Source of the DNA: a virus
Strand: one strand, 5' to 3'
Length of the DNA stretch: 57,491 bases
Virus record (IMG/VR): IMGVR_UViG_3300018081_000005
The number at the start of each line of letters is the position of its first letter. Position 1 is the first letter of the stretch. This document shows positions 23,376 through 32,790 of this stretch, one piece after another. Under the pieces are notes generated by a model that was given only the letters and a program-made list of their open reading frames with translations, searched no databases and was not told where the DNA came from. Position numbers and translations under genes: made by a program.

Positions 23376-24233
23376 TTACTTGCGCGCCTTGCGCGGTTTG
23401 TCGCCCGACTTACTTGGACTGTTCATCAGCGCGATGAGTTCGGGCATCATCACGCCTTCAGCCCCGGTGTTGTTGAGATCGCGCATGGTCGCCCAGTTCC
23501 CCAACATAGTGGTTTGGTCCTTGGCAAAGTACCGCGTCTCATTGACGGGATCCACGTACTGTTGGAAGAGAATACGCCGAGTTTGGAAAGCCTCTCCATT
23601 CTTCTCTATGATTCGCGGCGCTATGTACCAAACACCGTGCATCAGCCCGGATATGTAGTTGCTGACCTCGTAACCCTTTCCCTGGATCCCGGGGTAGACA
23701 AGCGTCTCCCCATTCTCATCCTCCGGCCGCATAGCGTGACCGGTGAACAAGACGTTACAAGGAAGGTCAATGAACCGCGCAGACCAGGACTTCATGAAGT
23801 TCTGAGTGTTGAAGTAGTCCGGCTTGTCGGGTAGGTTGCGGTGCGCGCGCTTGGCGGGATTGGCATCAAACGCTTCCGCCGCGTAGTTGAGAAGGAACTT
23901 GACCCCCATTGTAGTGAAACCATCCACTACAATCCAGTCGTACTTGTTGGCCCCGCCGCTCTCAAGAGAGAGTATGGCGGCCGAAGCGGTAGCGGTATCC
24001 GGGATCAGCCGGCACTTGGCTCCAGGCGCCAATCCGCCCATCCTTGCAGCCGTGATATAGCCGGGCTCGCCGGCCAGGAACAGTACCCGCCCCGGGAGGC
24101 TGCCGGCCAGAACGGTCTTGCCCGAACCGGAGTCCCCATATAGCAGGATGTTCCAATACTCGGTAGAGCCGTCCAGGTCGAACATTCCATCCTCGAATTC
24201 CCGGATGGACATCCCCTTACGCTCGGTAGCCAT
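23376..24233 (-). CDS. AAA_24 / Sak4-like RecA-fold ATPase
   Basis: ORF 23376-24404 trimmed to ATG 24233 (TAATG coupling). Walker A LLYGDSGSGKT, Walker B WIVVDGFT. Confidence 0.75.
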   Translation of the reverse strand: MATERKGMSIREFEDGMFDLDGSTEYWNILLYGDSGSGKTVLAGSLPGRVLFLAGEPGYITAARMGGLAPGAKCRLIPDTATASAAILSLESGGANKYDWIVVDGFTTMGVKFLLNYAAEAFDANPAKRAHRNLPDKPDYFNTQNFMKSWSARFIDLPCNVLFTGHAMRPEDENGETLVYPGIQGKGYEVSNYISGLMHGVWYIAPRIIEKNGEAFQTRRILFQQYVDPVNETRYFAKDQTTMLGNWATMRDLNNTGAEGVMMPELIALMNSPSKSGDKPRKARK

Positions 24234-24712
24234 TACACCTCCCAAGCTACGGGGATGCTCTTGCCGACGAGGTAGGCGCGTAGGTTCCGGCGCCGTGCTG
24301 GACCCAGCCCGGGAATCTCCCGGATGGCGGATGTCGGGAGTTGGCTCAACTGCCAAACGTTCCGGATCCCCGGAACACTCGCCACCCATTTGACTTCCGG
24401 GCACTCCACCAGGAGCCTAGTCACTTTAACCTTACTCAAATAGCCGCGCATTGCTAGCCGCTCCTCGCTAGCGCGCTGAGCTTCGCTCTTGGTGAGTTTC
24501 GCCCCGCCCAAGCGTGCATGGGGCCTAGCCGCGCGGTCCGGGACCTTGGTACTTTGCGCCATAACTCGCCTTACCCTTCGTGCTTCACCGGCCGAACGGC
24601 GCCTATCCCGGCCTGCTTTGGACTGGGGCCTAACCCCCTTTGTTGAGGCTTTCTTAGCCGTGACCTGTTCCATCACCGCATTGGATACAGGGTCCGCAAG
24701 TTTGTCTTCCAT
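24233..24712 (-). CDS. Basic protein with C-terminal helix-hairpin-helix (RNAP alpha-CTD-like) DNA-binding domain
   Basis: SAIREIPGLGPARRRNLRAYL is HhH-like. Arg/Lys-rich N-terminal half. Confidence 0.45.
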   Translation of the reverse strand: MEDKLADPVSNAVMEQVTAKKASTKGVRPQSKAGRDRRRSAGEARRVRRVMAQSTKVPDRAARPHARLGGAKLTKSEAQRASEERLAMRGYLSKVKVTRLLVECPEVKWVASVPGIRNVWQLSQLPTSAIREIPGLGPARRRNLRAYLVGKSIPVAWEV

Positions 24713-24768
24713 GGATTCCCTCTCTCGTAACAGGTAGCCTACCCGCTAGGCGGCCGTGGGGCTAGGTG

Positions 24769-25965
24769 CTATTCGTCAGTCGACTTCCGGTGATCCGCGT
24801 ACGGATCCTGGACCTTGTACGCGATATCCCGTAGGGATTCCCAATCGCCGCCACGTTCCTGCAACTCGCACATGTCGTAGAATTCGCACCAGGAACATTC
24901 ACGGGTGGCGGTCTTGGTGGGAATCAATAGTCCGTCCCGGAGTAGCTCCATCTGGAGCGCGTCTTGTTGCGCCCGAAGGAGTTGCGATCTACGCTCCGCA
25001 CTAGTCCTATGAACCGCGTGGCGAAGGAACAATGGCGGCGGCTGGACCTTACTTCTGTCGCCAAGAACGAACATAGATTCGCTAACGGCTAATTCGGACA
25101 ACCTCACCAGGGTACATTTCTCTAGCGGCTTACCGTCTATCTGATGTATTCCGCGCGCCTCAAAAGCCTCTATGTAGCTCTGCTTGGTAGGCTTGTTGGT
25201 CTTGTAGCCCTCCGCGTCCAACGGACGTTCGTCTGGGAGTGCTTTGCGTAGGAAGTTGTACATGATACCCGCCAAGACTTCGTCCTCTGGGATCAGCCCA
25301 TCGCGCCGTAGCTCTGCGGTCGCGGTCGCCCAGTAGGTCCCGGCTTGGTTGTCCATAGCCAAATGGCGGGTCTGGACGGCCTTAGCCGTCTTGTGCTCCC
25401 CCAACCAGTACCGCGTCGTCTCGGTATCCAGGTACACAACGTCATACGTACCAACGAGTTCAGCCATGACCGTGCTGGGGTCTACGGAGGCGGCGTCCCA
25501 GAAGTTAGAAGCGTTGGCGGGCCATGGGATCCTGAGGTTGAACGTCCTTTCGGGACTAACGATCGACCAGGTCTCGTCCCGCCCGTACAGCTTCCGGTAG
25601 CCCTCCAGCATGGTTATGCCTAGCTCGCGTGCATCTACATACTTGGCCACGGTATCGTCATCGGGGTCATCGGTTCTGACATACGCCATCTCCATCTCGC
25701 TGGCGTACTTGTCCCAAGTCTCCGCCGGTTCCGGGCCACGCTTGACTCCGGGGCCGCAGTACCAGAGCGCTAACGCTAGGTGGACGCCGGTCCCGAACCA
25801 CAAAGGGGTGGATGGGATCCCCTTTGGTACCAACCCTTCCCGGTTACGCCACCACCAAGCCGCTTGACACCGTTGGAACGAGACCCGCTCGCTAGCGCGG
25901 ATTCGCGGCGGAGGTATCGTCTCGATTGGGAGTCCGGTTGCGAAGTCTCTCTTCACCTTAGCCAT
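24769..25965 (-). CDS. PD-(D/E)xK exonuclease, Cas4/RecB-like with 4-Cys cluster
   Basis: YDVVYLD...LGEHKTAK (D...ExK). One N-terminal Cys (FQRCQAAW) plus C-terminal CSWCEFYDMC (C-x2-C-x5-C), as in Cas4/AddB Fe-S nucleases. Confidence 0.75.
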   Translation of the reverse strand: MAKVKRDFATGLPIETIPPPRIRASERVSFQRCQAAWWWRNREGLVPKGIPSTPLWFGTGVHLALALWYCGPGVKRGPEPAETWDKYASEMEMAYVRTDDPDDDTVAKYVDARELGITMLEGYRKLYGRDETWSIVSPERTFNLRIPWPANASNFWDAASVDPSTVMAELVGTYDVVYLDTETTRYWLGEHKTAKAVQTRHLAMDNQAGTYWATATAELRRDGLIPEDEVLAGIMYNFLRKALPDERPLDAEGYKTNKPTKQSYIEAFEARGIHQIDGKPLEKCTLVRLSELAVSESMFVLGDRSKVQPPPLFLRHAVHRTSAERRSQLLRAQQDALQMELLRDGLLIPTKTATRECSWCEFYDMCELQERGGDWESLRDIAYKVQDPYADHRKSTDE

Positions 25966-25980
25966 TGGGTTCCCTCTCTA

Positions 25981-26034
25981 ACAACAAATCGGAAGGGGAG
26001 TGTCCGGACCCGACCGAACGGACACTCCCCTTCC
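25981..26034 (-). terminator. Rho-independent terminator (perfect 16-bp stem + U-rich tail)
   Basis: ggaaggggagtgtccg-12 nt-cggacactccccttcc (25991-26034). On the minus strand it is followed by GATTTGTTGTT, then the RBS of the nuclease gene. Confidence 0.7.
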
Positions 26035-26094
26035 TAGGCGCTGCTTCCGTCGGTGCGCTAGCAGGGGTGCGCAACCGGCCCTCGGGGGTGGGGC

Positions 26095-26568
26095 CTAGAA
26101 CGGAGCGGCAACGCCGGATCGAGCCGAAGCCTTGCGGGGACTGGACTTCTTGGGCGCCGGAGCCACGACCTCGTCGCCGCTGTCCTCGTCATCCTCGACC
26201 TTGGAAGCCTTCGCCGGCCGACCGCGCTTGGCGGGCTTGGTCTTGGGGAAGACTCTGGCGTCGGCGTCGTCTTCGGTCTCGTCCTCCACCGGCTTGGCCT
26301 TAGCCGTCTTCTTGGGCTTGGCGGACCTGACTTCCTCGCGCTCCGCACGCGCCGCCGTACGCGCGTCCTGGTTCTCGGGGCTGGCCTGGAAGATCATCCG
26401 GAGCGCGGTTGCGAGCCGCACGGCCTCACGGAAAGCGGCCTCGGCCTTAGCGTTGGGGAACTCGAGCTCGAGCTTCTCGATCAGCCAGTCCGCGAAGCGT
26501 TCCTGAACGGCAGTGCTCTCCTTGTCCTTGTAGCCGAGGATTTCCTCATCGGTCAACTGCTTGGGCAT
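26095..26568 (-). CDS. AT-hook-containing DNA-binding protein
   Basis: Helical N-domain, then a Lys/Ala/Glu-rich tail with KPAKRGRPAKASK (GRP AT-hook core). Confidence 0.5.
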   Translation of the reverse strand: MPKQLTDEEILGYKDKESTAVQERFADWLIEKLELEFPNAKAEAAFREAVRLATALRMIFQASPENQDARTAARAEREEVRSAKPKKTAKAKPVEDETEDDADARVFPKTKPAKRGRPAKASKVEDDEDSGDEVVAPAPKKSSPRKASARSGVAAPF

Positions 26569-26634
26569 TGTCTTACCTCTCTCTTTGGGTCGTTCACGTC
26601 TAACTCTTTTGTACCGGCCCGACTTGGTTTGGCG

Positions 26635-26811
26635 CTAGCGCTCAATCCTAAGTCTTTTCAGAATGATCCCGCCGGTCCGACGGCGATCCTCCCGTACGGC
26701 TTCCTGGATGGAATCCCAACGCGCGTGACGTCCCCGCTCTGCCCGAACTCCCATCCAGTAGGCCACCGCCCCGGATAGCGCGCAGCCGGTCAGGGCGATA
26801 ACCCATCCCAC
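26635..26811 (-). CDS. Unlisted 58-aa membrane protein candidate (VGWVIALTGCALSGAVAYWMGV + basic tail)
   Basis: Hand translation of the 244-nt gap after SNF2. GTG start lies 2 nt past the SNF2 stop. One TM segment. Third-position G/C about 66%. Confidence 0.3.
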   Translation of the reverse strand: MGWVIALTGCALSGAVAYWMGVRAERGRHARWDSIQEAVREDRRRTGGIILKRLRIER

Positions 26812-26812
26812 T

Positions 26813-28921
26813 TCACAACTCCCGGGTACGTCTGAGTACTGCTCGCGCGTACTCTACTCCCCGCCTACCATCAAGCAGACGTTTGCTGTTCTCATCGCGC
26901 TCCGCATTCGTAAGCGCGATTCCAAGGTCCACCGTCTCCAAACTCCGTAGGTAGTGATAGAACACCGGCCTTGGATTTGATACGCGGTGGATCCGGTCTT
27001 CGGCTTGCTCTTGGTCATCCGGGACCCAGGTTTCATCCAGGAAGACCATCACATCCGCCTGGTCCAACGTAATGGCCACGCCGCCCGTCTTGGTCTGGAG
27101 CAACATCAGATGGGCTCCGCTACCCACCGGCCGGTTCATGGCCGCTATGGCCTCCTCACGCCTGCGCCCCGACTGCTCTCCCGTTAGGAGGACAGGCATT
27201 ACGTCTGAGCGGATCGGAGTTCGTGAGTTGACGCTCAACGCCTGTAACCGGGCGGGTAGCTCCCGCGCGAACAGGTTCAGCATCTCCGTGAATTGGGACA
27301 CTATCACCACCTTGGTAGATGGTGCATCCGGAAACCCCAACTCATCCAATAGTTGCACTAAGTATTCGAACTTGTTGGAGGGTAGCTCCGGCTGGAAGTG
27401 TTGGACCGTCTTAGTATGCGTATGGGGGCCAGGCTGCTCGGGGCAATCCGGACCGGAATCGTCGCAATCCCAAGTCTTCGTCTGAGGGATCATCCTACCG
27501 GAAGCGCCGGCAAACTGCTTCAGCCGCGTCAACTCCGCTAGGATCCCAATGGCCTCAACCCTTGAACCGTCCGCTAGATCGGCCGCACTAGTCTCCAACA
27601 TCTCTTTGTAGGCGCGCCCCTGAGCCCCTTCCATAGGCAACCAAACGCCATGGGGAGAGTCTTCATCGCCCGTTACGGCCGGCGTCCCGACATAAGTCTT
27701 GGGCGGCAAGTCCGGCGCCACCTCAGCTTTAGTCCGCCGGAGGACATAGCGGTCTAGGCTCCGCCAAAGCCCTTCCTCGTCAATGAGCTTGCCGATAACG
27801 TGGTTGCTGTAGCCATTGGAAGATAGCTCCCAGAACAGCTCAGTCCAGTTCCAGAATGAAGGGAATGCCTTGGGGGCAAGCCAATTCAATTGGCCCCATA
27901 GGAGGTGCGGCCTACCTCGGGTAGGCGTACCCGTCATGGCGATTCGTAGCCCGTCCGTCCGTAGGCGGAGCATCTCCATACCTTGGCGCGTTTGGGTAGG
28001 CGTGCCGGTCAAGCGGAGGAGGGAACGGTCGGACTCATCTACGATTACAGCGCCCCATTCACGCGCAAACAGTTGTGGGAACTCATGCTCCACGCGGTCC
28101 GGCTTCCGTAGCTCCGGATCATGCCACGCCAGACGCTTCCGTTCATCCTTGCACTTGAGTTCAACCTTGCCAGCCTTCCGAGGGGTCTCCTGGCCACATA
28201 CGCCACAGACCCAGTACACTCGGGTACGAACCGCCTCAGGATGCACTATCAACCACGTAGCGGCCAAATCAAGGCTGTTATCGAGTGCGTCTAGAACGGC
28301 GTCGCGCCTAGCGCGCTGCTTAGTGGTGATCTTGTTGATCCTCTGGTCGCCCTCCGGAAGCGTAACGATGGTCTGGCCGTCCATCCAGCGCGGGATCTCA
28401 CGGGCCCAAACCGGTACCACGGAAGTCTTTGGCGTCACAACGAGGTACGGTCCGGCGGTCTGGCTCTCTACCACGCCGCCAATGGCCTCCAGAGTCTTCC
28501 CCAATCCCGGCTGGTCCGCTACCAGACAACCCGCCCCGTTGGCCATAGCCTCCGCCACGAAGCGCGCGCCCACCCGTTGGTACTTACGAGCCTCCATTGC
28601 CTTCGCTAGCCTAGGCGCGTATGCTGGCACCCAAGCCAACTCAGCGTCCCGCGCAGCGGCAAGGATCTTCATCTTCGCCGCTTTTGCCTGTTCCGCTTTG
28701 GCCCAAGTCCAAAGGCGCGGCCCAATGATCAACTCGGAACCAAACTCCTCACGGAGGCGCCGGCAGACCGGCATACTCAACGGTAGGCTCCAGTAGGGCT
28801 TGTTGTATTGGCCTTGATTGAGATTGGCGCCAGGGATCCGCTCTTTGAGACCCGCCAACGGGGACGAGGAACTCAGGTAAATGCGCCGGCCATTCTTGGC
28901 CAAATCCGCCTTAACGGTCAC
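26813..28921 (-). CDS. SNF2-family helicase/translocase
   Basis: LVADQPGLGKTLEAIG (motif I), VIVDESDRS (motif II), helicase-C block TKTGGVAITLDQADVMVFLDETWVPDDQEQAEDRIHR. Start set to the GTG overlapping the upstream stop (GTGA). Confidence 0.85.
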   Translation of the reverse strand: MTVKADLAKNGRRIYLSSSSPLAGLKERIPGANLNQGQYNKPYWSLPLSMPVCRRLREEFGSELIIGPRLWTWAKAEQAKAAKMKILAAARDAELAWVPAYAPRLAKAMEARKYQRVGARFVAEAMANGAGCLVADQPGLGKTLEAIGGVVESQTAGPYLVVTPKTSVVPVWAREIPRWMDGQTIVTLPEGDQRINKITTKQRARRDAVLDALDNSLDLAATWLIVHPEAVRTRVYWVCGVCGQETPRKAGKVELKCKDERKRLAWHDPELRKPDRVEHEFPQLFAREWGAVIVDESDRSLLRLTGTPTQTRQGMEMLRLRTDGLRIAMTGTPTRGRPHLLWGQLNWLAPKAFPSFWNWTELFWELSSNGYSNHVIGKLIDEEGLWRSLDRYVLRRTKAEVAPDLPPKTYVGTPAVTGDEDSPHGVWLPMEGAQGRAYKEMLETSAADLADGSRVEAIGILAELTRLKQFAGASGRMIPQTKTWDCDDSGPDCPEQPGPHTHTKTVQHFQPELPSNKFEYLVQLLDELGFPDAPSTKVVIVSQFTEMLNLFARELPARLQALSVNSRTPIRSDVMPVLLTGEQSGRRREEAIAAMNRPVGSGAHLMLLQTKTGGVAITLDQADVMVFLDETWVPDDQEQAEDRIHRVSNPRPVFYHYLRSLETVDLGIALTNAERDENSKRLLDGRRGVEYARAVLRRTREL

Positions 28922-29715
28922 GACGCCACCGCATTCTTGGCTAGGTGGGGATAGCGCGCGTAGCAGGTTGGGCCCATCCCGCGCTTGACGCTCTCTGGGT
29001 TGGTAAGGAAGTGGCCGAACACACACCAACCGGTATTCTTGGTCAGCTCCTGAACTTCTTCCGCCGGCACCAATTCCGACTCCAGGATCTGGTAGATCAT
29101 TGAGCCCACGTAGGTAAGCGTGGGGCGCTTCTTAGCGCCATCCTTGGGGAACTCCACGAGCTTGGCGTATAGCCGGCCGGAGTCCTTCCCGAGTAGGCAC
29201 TGGAAGAGTGCGCCGCTCTGGTAGATCTGGCCGTGTACCACTACGGTACGGCTGAGCCGGTAGAGTCCTTCCTCGGTGGCGGTAGCCGGCTTATACCATG
29301 TCTCTACTGAAGCCTTCCGGCCCGCCTTGGCGCGCTCCTCGCGGTAGGTCTCCGTGCGGTCGCCCTCCGCTTCCATCCGCTGCATATCGCGCTCGTCCTG
29401 CTCGGTGAAAGCCCTTGCGGACGCACCCTTCAACGGGCATTGGAACGAATGGATAAGAATGGCCCCATCCGTAGCGGGATCCCCTCCACAAGTACAAACA
29501 GGAGCGGTCTGCGCGCATTCGCGGACGGCTTGGACGCTAGGGTGAGTCTGGCCGCAGTGCCCGCAATTGATAGTCATGGTATCCGCCTCTGGCTCAAAGG
29601 AAACTCCGGGGCAACGCCGTATCCCGCGCTGGGGGTCCCACCATTCGTGGGCTTCGTGATTGCGCCTAACCGTCTCTGCGAAGTAGCGCCAATCGCGGCA
29701 CTTAACGATCCGCAT
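28918..29715 (-). CDS. Cys-rich protein with DUF6011-like C-terminus
   Basis: ORF trimmed to ATG 29715. NCGHCGQTHPS...CTCGG clusters. C-terminal GWCVFGHFLTNPESVKRGMGPTCYARY resembles the C-x-x-C-G-x-x-L-T-D-P-x-S-x-x-x-G-x-G-P-x-C motif I recall for DUF6011. Confidence 0.5.
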   Translation of the reverse strand: MRIVKCRDWRYFAETVRRNHEAHEWWDPQRGIRRCPGVSFEPEADTMTINCGHCGQTHPSVQAVRECAQTAPVCTCGGDPATDGAILIHSFQCPLKGASARAFTEQDERDMQRMEAEGDRTETYREERAKAGRKASVETWYKPATATEEGLYRLSRTVVVHGQIYQSGALFQCLLGKDSGRLYAKLVEFPKDGAKKRPTLTYVGSMIYQILESELVPAEEVQELTKNTGWCVFGHFLTNPESVKRGMGPTCYARYPHLAKNAVAS

Positions 29716-29716
29716 G

Positions 29717-30049
29717 TCAGAACGCTTCCGCGTAGCGCGCGGCCGATACAAAACGGATCCGGAGGGTTTGGCCCGCGCGCTCTATCCGGTCTAGGATCTC
29801 TGCGTCTAGCGCTTCCTGCGGCGTACGGAGGCGCCGTTCCGGCCCGAACGGGTCGTGGTATCCCACGGCACACCAACTACTGGGATCCGCCGTGAGATAG
29901 TAGGCGGTAGCCTCCTCGATGAGCTCGTCTGAGGGTTCTAGGTACTCCGCTAGCCACTCGTCTCGCCCAAGATTCTCTACCAGCCGGTACTCGCCCCGGA
30001 ATACGTCCGCCTGGTAATCCCAGCGGTGGACGTCCCCAACCTTAGCCAT
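29717..30049 (-). CDS. Hypothetical acidic protein (110 aa from MAKVGDVHRW...)
   Basis: ORF 29717-30085 trimmed to ATG 30049, the start served by promoter/leader unit A. Confidence 0.5.
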   Translation of the reverse strand: MAKVGDVHRWDYQADVFRGEYRLVENLGRDEWLAEYLEPSDELIEEATAYYLTADPSSWCAVGYHDPFGPERRLRTPQEALDAEILDRIERAGQTLRIRFVSAARYAEAF

Positions 30050-30121
30050 CTCGGTCCCTCTCTCCGGAGCGCTCGCTCGCCCCACAACCCATACTCTACT
30101 CCACTGCGGTTCGGATGGCTA
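30050..30121 (-). promoter_or_regulatory. Early promoter + conserved 5' leader hairpin, unit A
   Basis: Minus strand: TAGCCA (30121-30116)-17 nt-TAGAGT (30098-30093). Hairpin GGGGCG-AGCGAG-CGCTCC (30083-30066). RBS AGAGAGGGA. ATG 30049. Confidence 0.55.
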
Positions 30122-30237
30122 CAGGCGTTTTAGTCGTTGGTACGTATGGAGGTCCTCGCGTAGTGGGCAAACTGGCTCTGGGGTGCATACCCGCCTAGGC
30201 TGCGGGTGGCAACCCACGTATGGCTTCGCTAGGCCGC

Positions 30238-30876
30238 TTAGATGGGCACTCCGTACTGGTTGCGTTGGATCCCCTTCAGCGCGTCCCGGTACGTGCACAG
30301 GAAGTCCTCCGCCATATCGGCGCTCAGCTGGAGTAACGCCGGAGGCCAGAAGTTACGTCCGACCCGCCCGTCGTAGACTCCGGCCGTCCGGCGCTCCCCC
30401 CACATAGCATCCCAGCCTAGCCGCGCGCCGGTGTGAAGGTAGATCTTGTCGGGCTCCAGCCGGAGGTAGGCGCCTATCCGCGTACCGACGTCATAAGTCG
30501 TCAACGGACCAATACCGGCCGGACGAATCTTCCGCAAGATGTCATAGAAGTCATCAAAGCTATTGCGTTCCACCAGATTGTTGACTAGCGACCCTACTTG
30601 GCCAATGATCTCCCAACCAAACTGGCGCCTGGCGCCTACGGATACTTTGGTCTGGTGCGAATGCATCTTCCCGTTCCGGCGCCTTGAGGCGCAAGCAATC
30701 CAAACCGCTTCCGCAAACGTGTCGGCCTCTGCACACATGGCGGGTATGTCATCCGCTTTGACGTCCATCCCGCCGCCCGGTGCACGTCGCCAAAGGAAGT
30801 CCCGGATACAAGCGTCCAGAGTATCCAAAGGCCAACGCGCCGGTCGCAATCGCATTTCCTTCTCGACGTTGGCCAT
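30238..30876 (-). CDS. Helix-hairpin-helix protein, possibly of the DNA-glycosylase superfamily
   Basis: IRPAGIGPLTTYDVGTRIGAYL is a GIGP-type HhH element. The rest is helical. No catalytic residues assigned. Confidence 0.45.
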   Translation of the reverse strand: MANVEKEMRLRPARWPLDTLDACIRDFLWRRAPGGGMDVKADDIPAMCAEADTFAEAVWIACASRRRNGKMHSHQTKVSVGARRQFGWEIIGQVGSLVNNLVERNSFDDFYDILRKIRPAGIGPLTTYDVGTRIGAYLRLEPDKIYLHTGARLGWDAMWGERRTAGVYDGRVGRNFWPPALLQLSADMAEDFLCTYRDALKGIQRNQYGVPI

Positions 30877-31133
30877 TACGCGCGCCGGTTCATGTAGGGT
30901 TCGGTGTCGTTGTCGACCTTCTCAACCGTCTGCACCCAGGAGTCCGGCAGGTCCTGCGTTCCCGCGAATGGGCGCGCATTCCAGCACCCATCCGATGACC
31001 CTGGCCCTAGATAGGTCATCACAGCCGTTCGGGCGTACTTCCAATTGGGAGCCTTGTAGGTAATGCGATACTTCTGCCCGGTCACCAGATCTTGCCCGGA
31101 TGGAGTAGGCGCGTGGGTCCGCTGGTCCATCAC
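30876..31133 (-). CDS. Hypothetical protein
   Basis: ORF track (85 aa). Start/stop coupled on both sides. Confidence 0.5.
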   Translation of the reverse strand: MMDQRTHAPTPSGQDLVTGQKYRITYKAPNWKYARTAVMTYLGPGSSDGCWNARPFAGTQDLPDSWVQTVEKVDNDTEPYMNRRA

Positions 31134-32047
31134 GCGGCCTTGGCCTTGCTCTTGCCTTGAGAGAGCGAAGCGAGGATCTGCTGCCGGATACGGTCCAGGT
31201 CTACCTTGCGCCCTACGTTCTCCAGGAGATCCAACCGGAAAGCGCGGAACCCGAACTCCGGGTCAACAAACGAAACGATCCGGTGACCCGCCCGGTGGTC
31301 GTCGATCCTGATTGACCGAGCGCGGCCAACAGTAGCCTTCTCGGAGTCCACCCTATACGGGTTGTGCCAGGAGATCTGATGCCCCTCAATTGCGTTGATG
31401 ATCTCCGTATCGGTAGCCGTGGCTAGGTCGAATGGGACCCTACGAACGGTAGGGCCGGTGGGGCGCTTCCGGAACTGCGTATTCCCGGAAACCTTTGCTT
31501 GCTTGGCCATAGCCTCGTCTGGTGTCTGGCCTGCCACCCGCATTGCTTCGGCCGGATTGCGTACCTTGACGGTCCGGTCCGCAATGGTGTGAGTACTGGT
31601 ACCGCTAACGTGGGCCTCCTTGAGCCAAGCCAGGTAAAGGGCTTCATTGCCGCGCGTAGCGACCAATTCGCAGAGGCCATCCAATCGGGTAACCCCCGAC
31701 ACCCATCCCAGCTTGGTCAATTCCTCGGCGTAATGGGCCGCCTTATCCGGCTTCGTATTGACGGGCTCCGGGGTGGCCATCGCCAACGCAGCCTCAGACT
31801 GCGTAGGTTGGCCGTGTTTCCCGGCATGGTTGCGCATCCGCAAGCATCCAGCCTTCGGGCATTGGTTTGCGGCGACAGCCGCGACGGTCTTGAAGACTGA
31901 ACGTTGGGACGGGACTGTGGCTACGGCCTCGCGGGCTAGCTCCAAATCCTCTTGCTTTGGCGGCAACGGAGTCCGCTGTGCAGCCTTGGTACGCTTGGCG
32001 GTAGCGGCGGCTCGTAAGCCACCCTTGCTTGCGATTGCGGTCGGCAT
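31130..32047 (-). CDS. Hypothetical protein (305 aa), basic N-terminus
   Basis: ORF track. RBS GAGAGGGAAC upstream. No family recognised. Confidence 0.5.
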   Translation of the reverse strand: MPTAIASKGGLRAAATAKRTKAAQRTPLPPKQEDLELAREAVATVPSQRSVFKTVAAVAANQCPKAGCLRMRNHAGKHGQPTQSEAALAMATPEPVNTKPDKAAHYAEELTKLGWVSGVTRLDGLCELVATRGNEALYLAWLKEAHVSGTSTHTIADRTVKVRNPAEAMRVAGQTPDEAMAKQAKVSGNTQFRKRPTGPTVRRVPFDLATATDTEIINAIEGHQISWHNPYRVDSEKATVGRARSIRIDDHRAGHRIVSFVDPEFGFRAFRLDLLENVGRKVDLDRIRQQILASLSQGKSKAKAA

Positions 32048-32086
32048 CTCAGTTCCCTCTCGAATGGTTTCTGGTGGGCTTGGGAG

Positions 32087-32272
32087 TTACGGACGGACTA
32101 GGGTCATGGAGCAGGTCTTGTACCCGCCAACGCCGCTGACGCCGGAGAACGAAGCCTCGCGCCATCCGTCCTTGGCTTGCGAATCGCGCCACTTGCGGGC
32201 ATTCTTCTTGCAGTTGACGCCACGGAATGTCTCCGTCCAGCGTTCGGTAGTGGTCGTGGGTTGCATTGTCAT
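32087..32272 (-). CDS. Hypothetical small protein
   Basis: ORF track (61 aa). RBS AGAGAGGAAA upstream of the ATG. Confidence 0.45.
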   Translation of the reverse strand: MTMQPTTTTERWTETFRGVNCKKNARKWRDSQAKDGWREASFSGVSGVGGYKTCSMTLVRP

Positions 32273-32279
32273 TTCCTCT

Positions 32280-32714
32280 CTAGAATTCGGGGCTCTGGTA
32301 GTAATCGCGGTGGCCTAGGGATAGGCCATCGCTTCCCTTTGGCGCCATGACGCGCCTACGGGTCTCGCGGCTGATGTAGGTCTTGCGTAGGCGCCCGTTC
32401 TTGTCCATGCGCCAGGTCTGTACCGGAGTATGGGCGTCCTCGTTGAAATGGATACAATCGGGACTAGGCTCGCTACAAATCTCCGTACTGGCCGGCGTGA
32501 TGTCGTAATCCTGCGCGGGCCAGACCTTCTTGTTGGCGCTGACGTGGTCTCCTCTGAGGTCAATCTCCTGGACCTTGCCGGCCCGGTCGTACCGGACGGC
32601 TACCACGGTGTATGGCTGACGGTCGGAGTACATGCAGACCGTAGCGCCCATTCCCACCACGATCTCCGGATAGCGGGAGTTCTCCATGATCCGGTTCACA
32701 ACAGATCCGTGCAT
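32280..32714 (-). CDS. Hypothetical protein (144 aa)
   Basis: ORF track. Served by promoter/leader unit B. Confidence 0.5.
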   Translation of the reverse strand: MHGSVVNRIMENSRYPEIVVGMGATVCMYSDRQPYTVVAVRYDRAGKVQEIDLRGDHVSANKKVWPAQDYDITPASTEICSEPSPDCIHFNEDAHTPVQTWRMDKNGRLRKTYISRETRRRVMAPKGSDGLSLGHRDYYQSPEF

Positions 32715-32790
32715 CTCATTCCCTCTCTCGCGTAGGCGGCTCGCTCCGCCAGACGTAACGTACGGTACTCGCTTTGATTGGTTATGGCTA
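32715..32790 (-). promoter_or_regulatory. Early promoter + conserved 5' leader hairpin, unit B
   Basis: TAGCCA (32790-32785, overlapping the upstream stop codon)-17 nt-TACCGT (32767-32762). Hairpin GGCGG-AGCGAG-CCGCC (32750-32735). RBS AGAGAGGGAA. ATG 32714. Confidence 0.55.
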
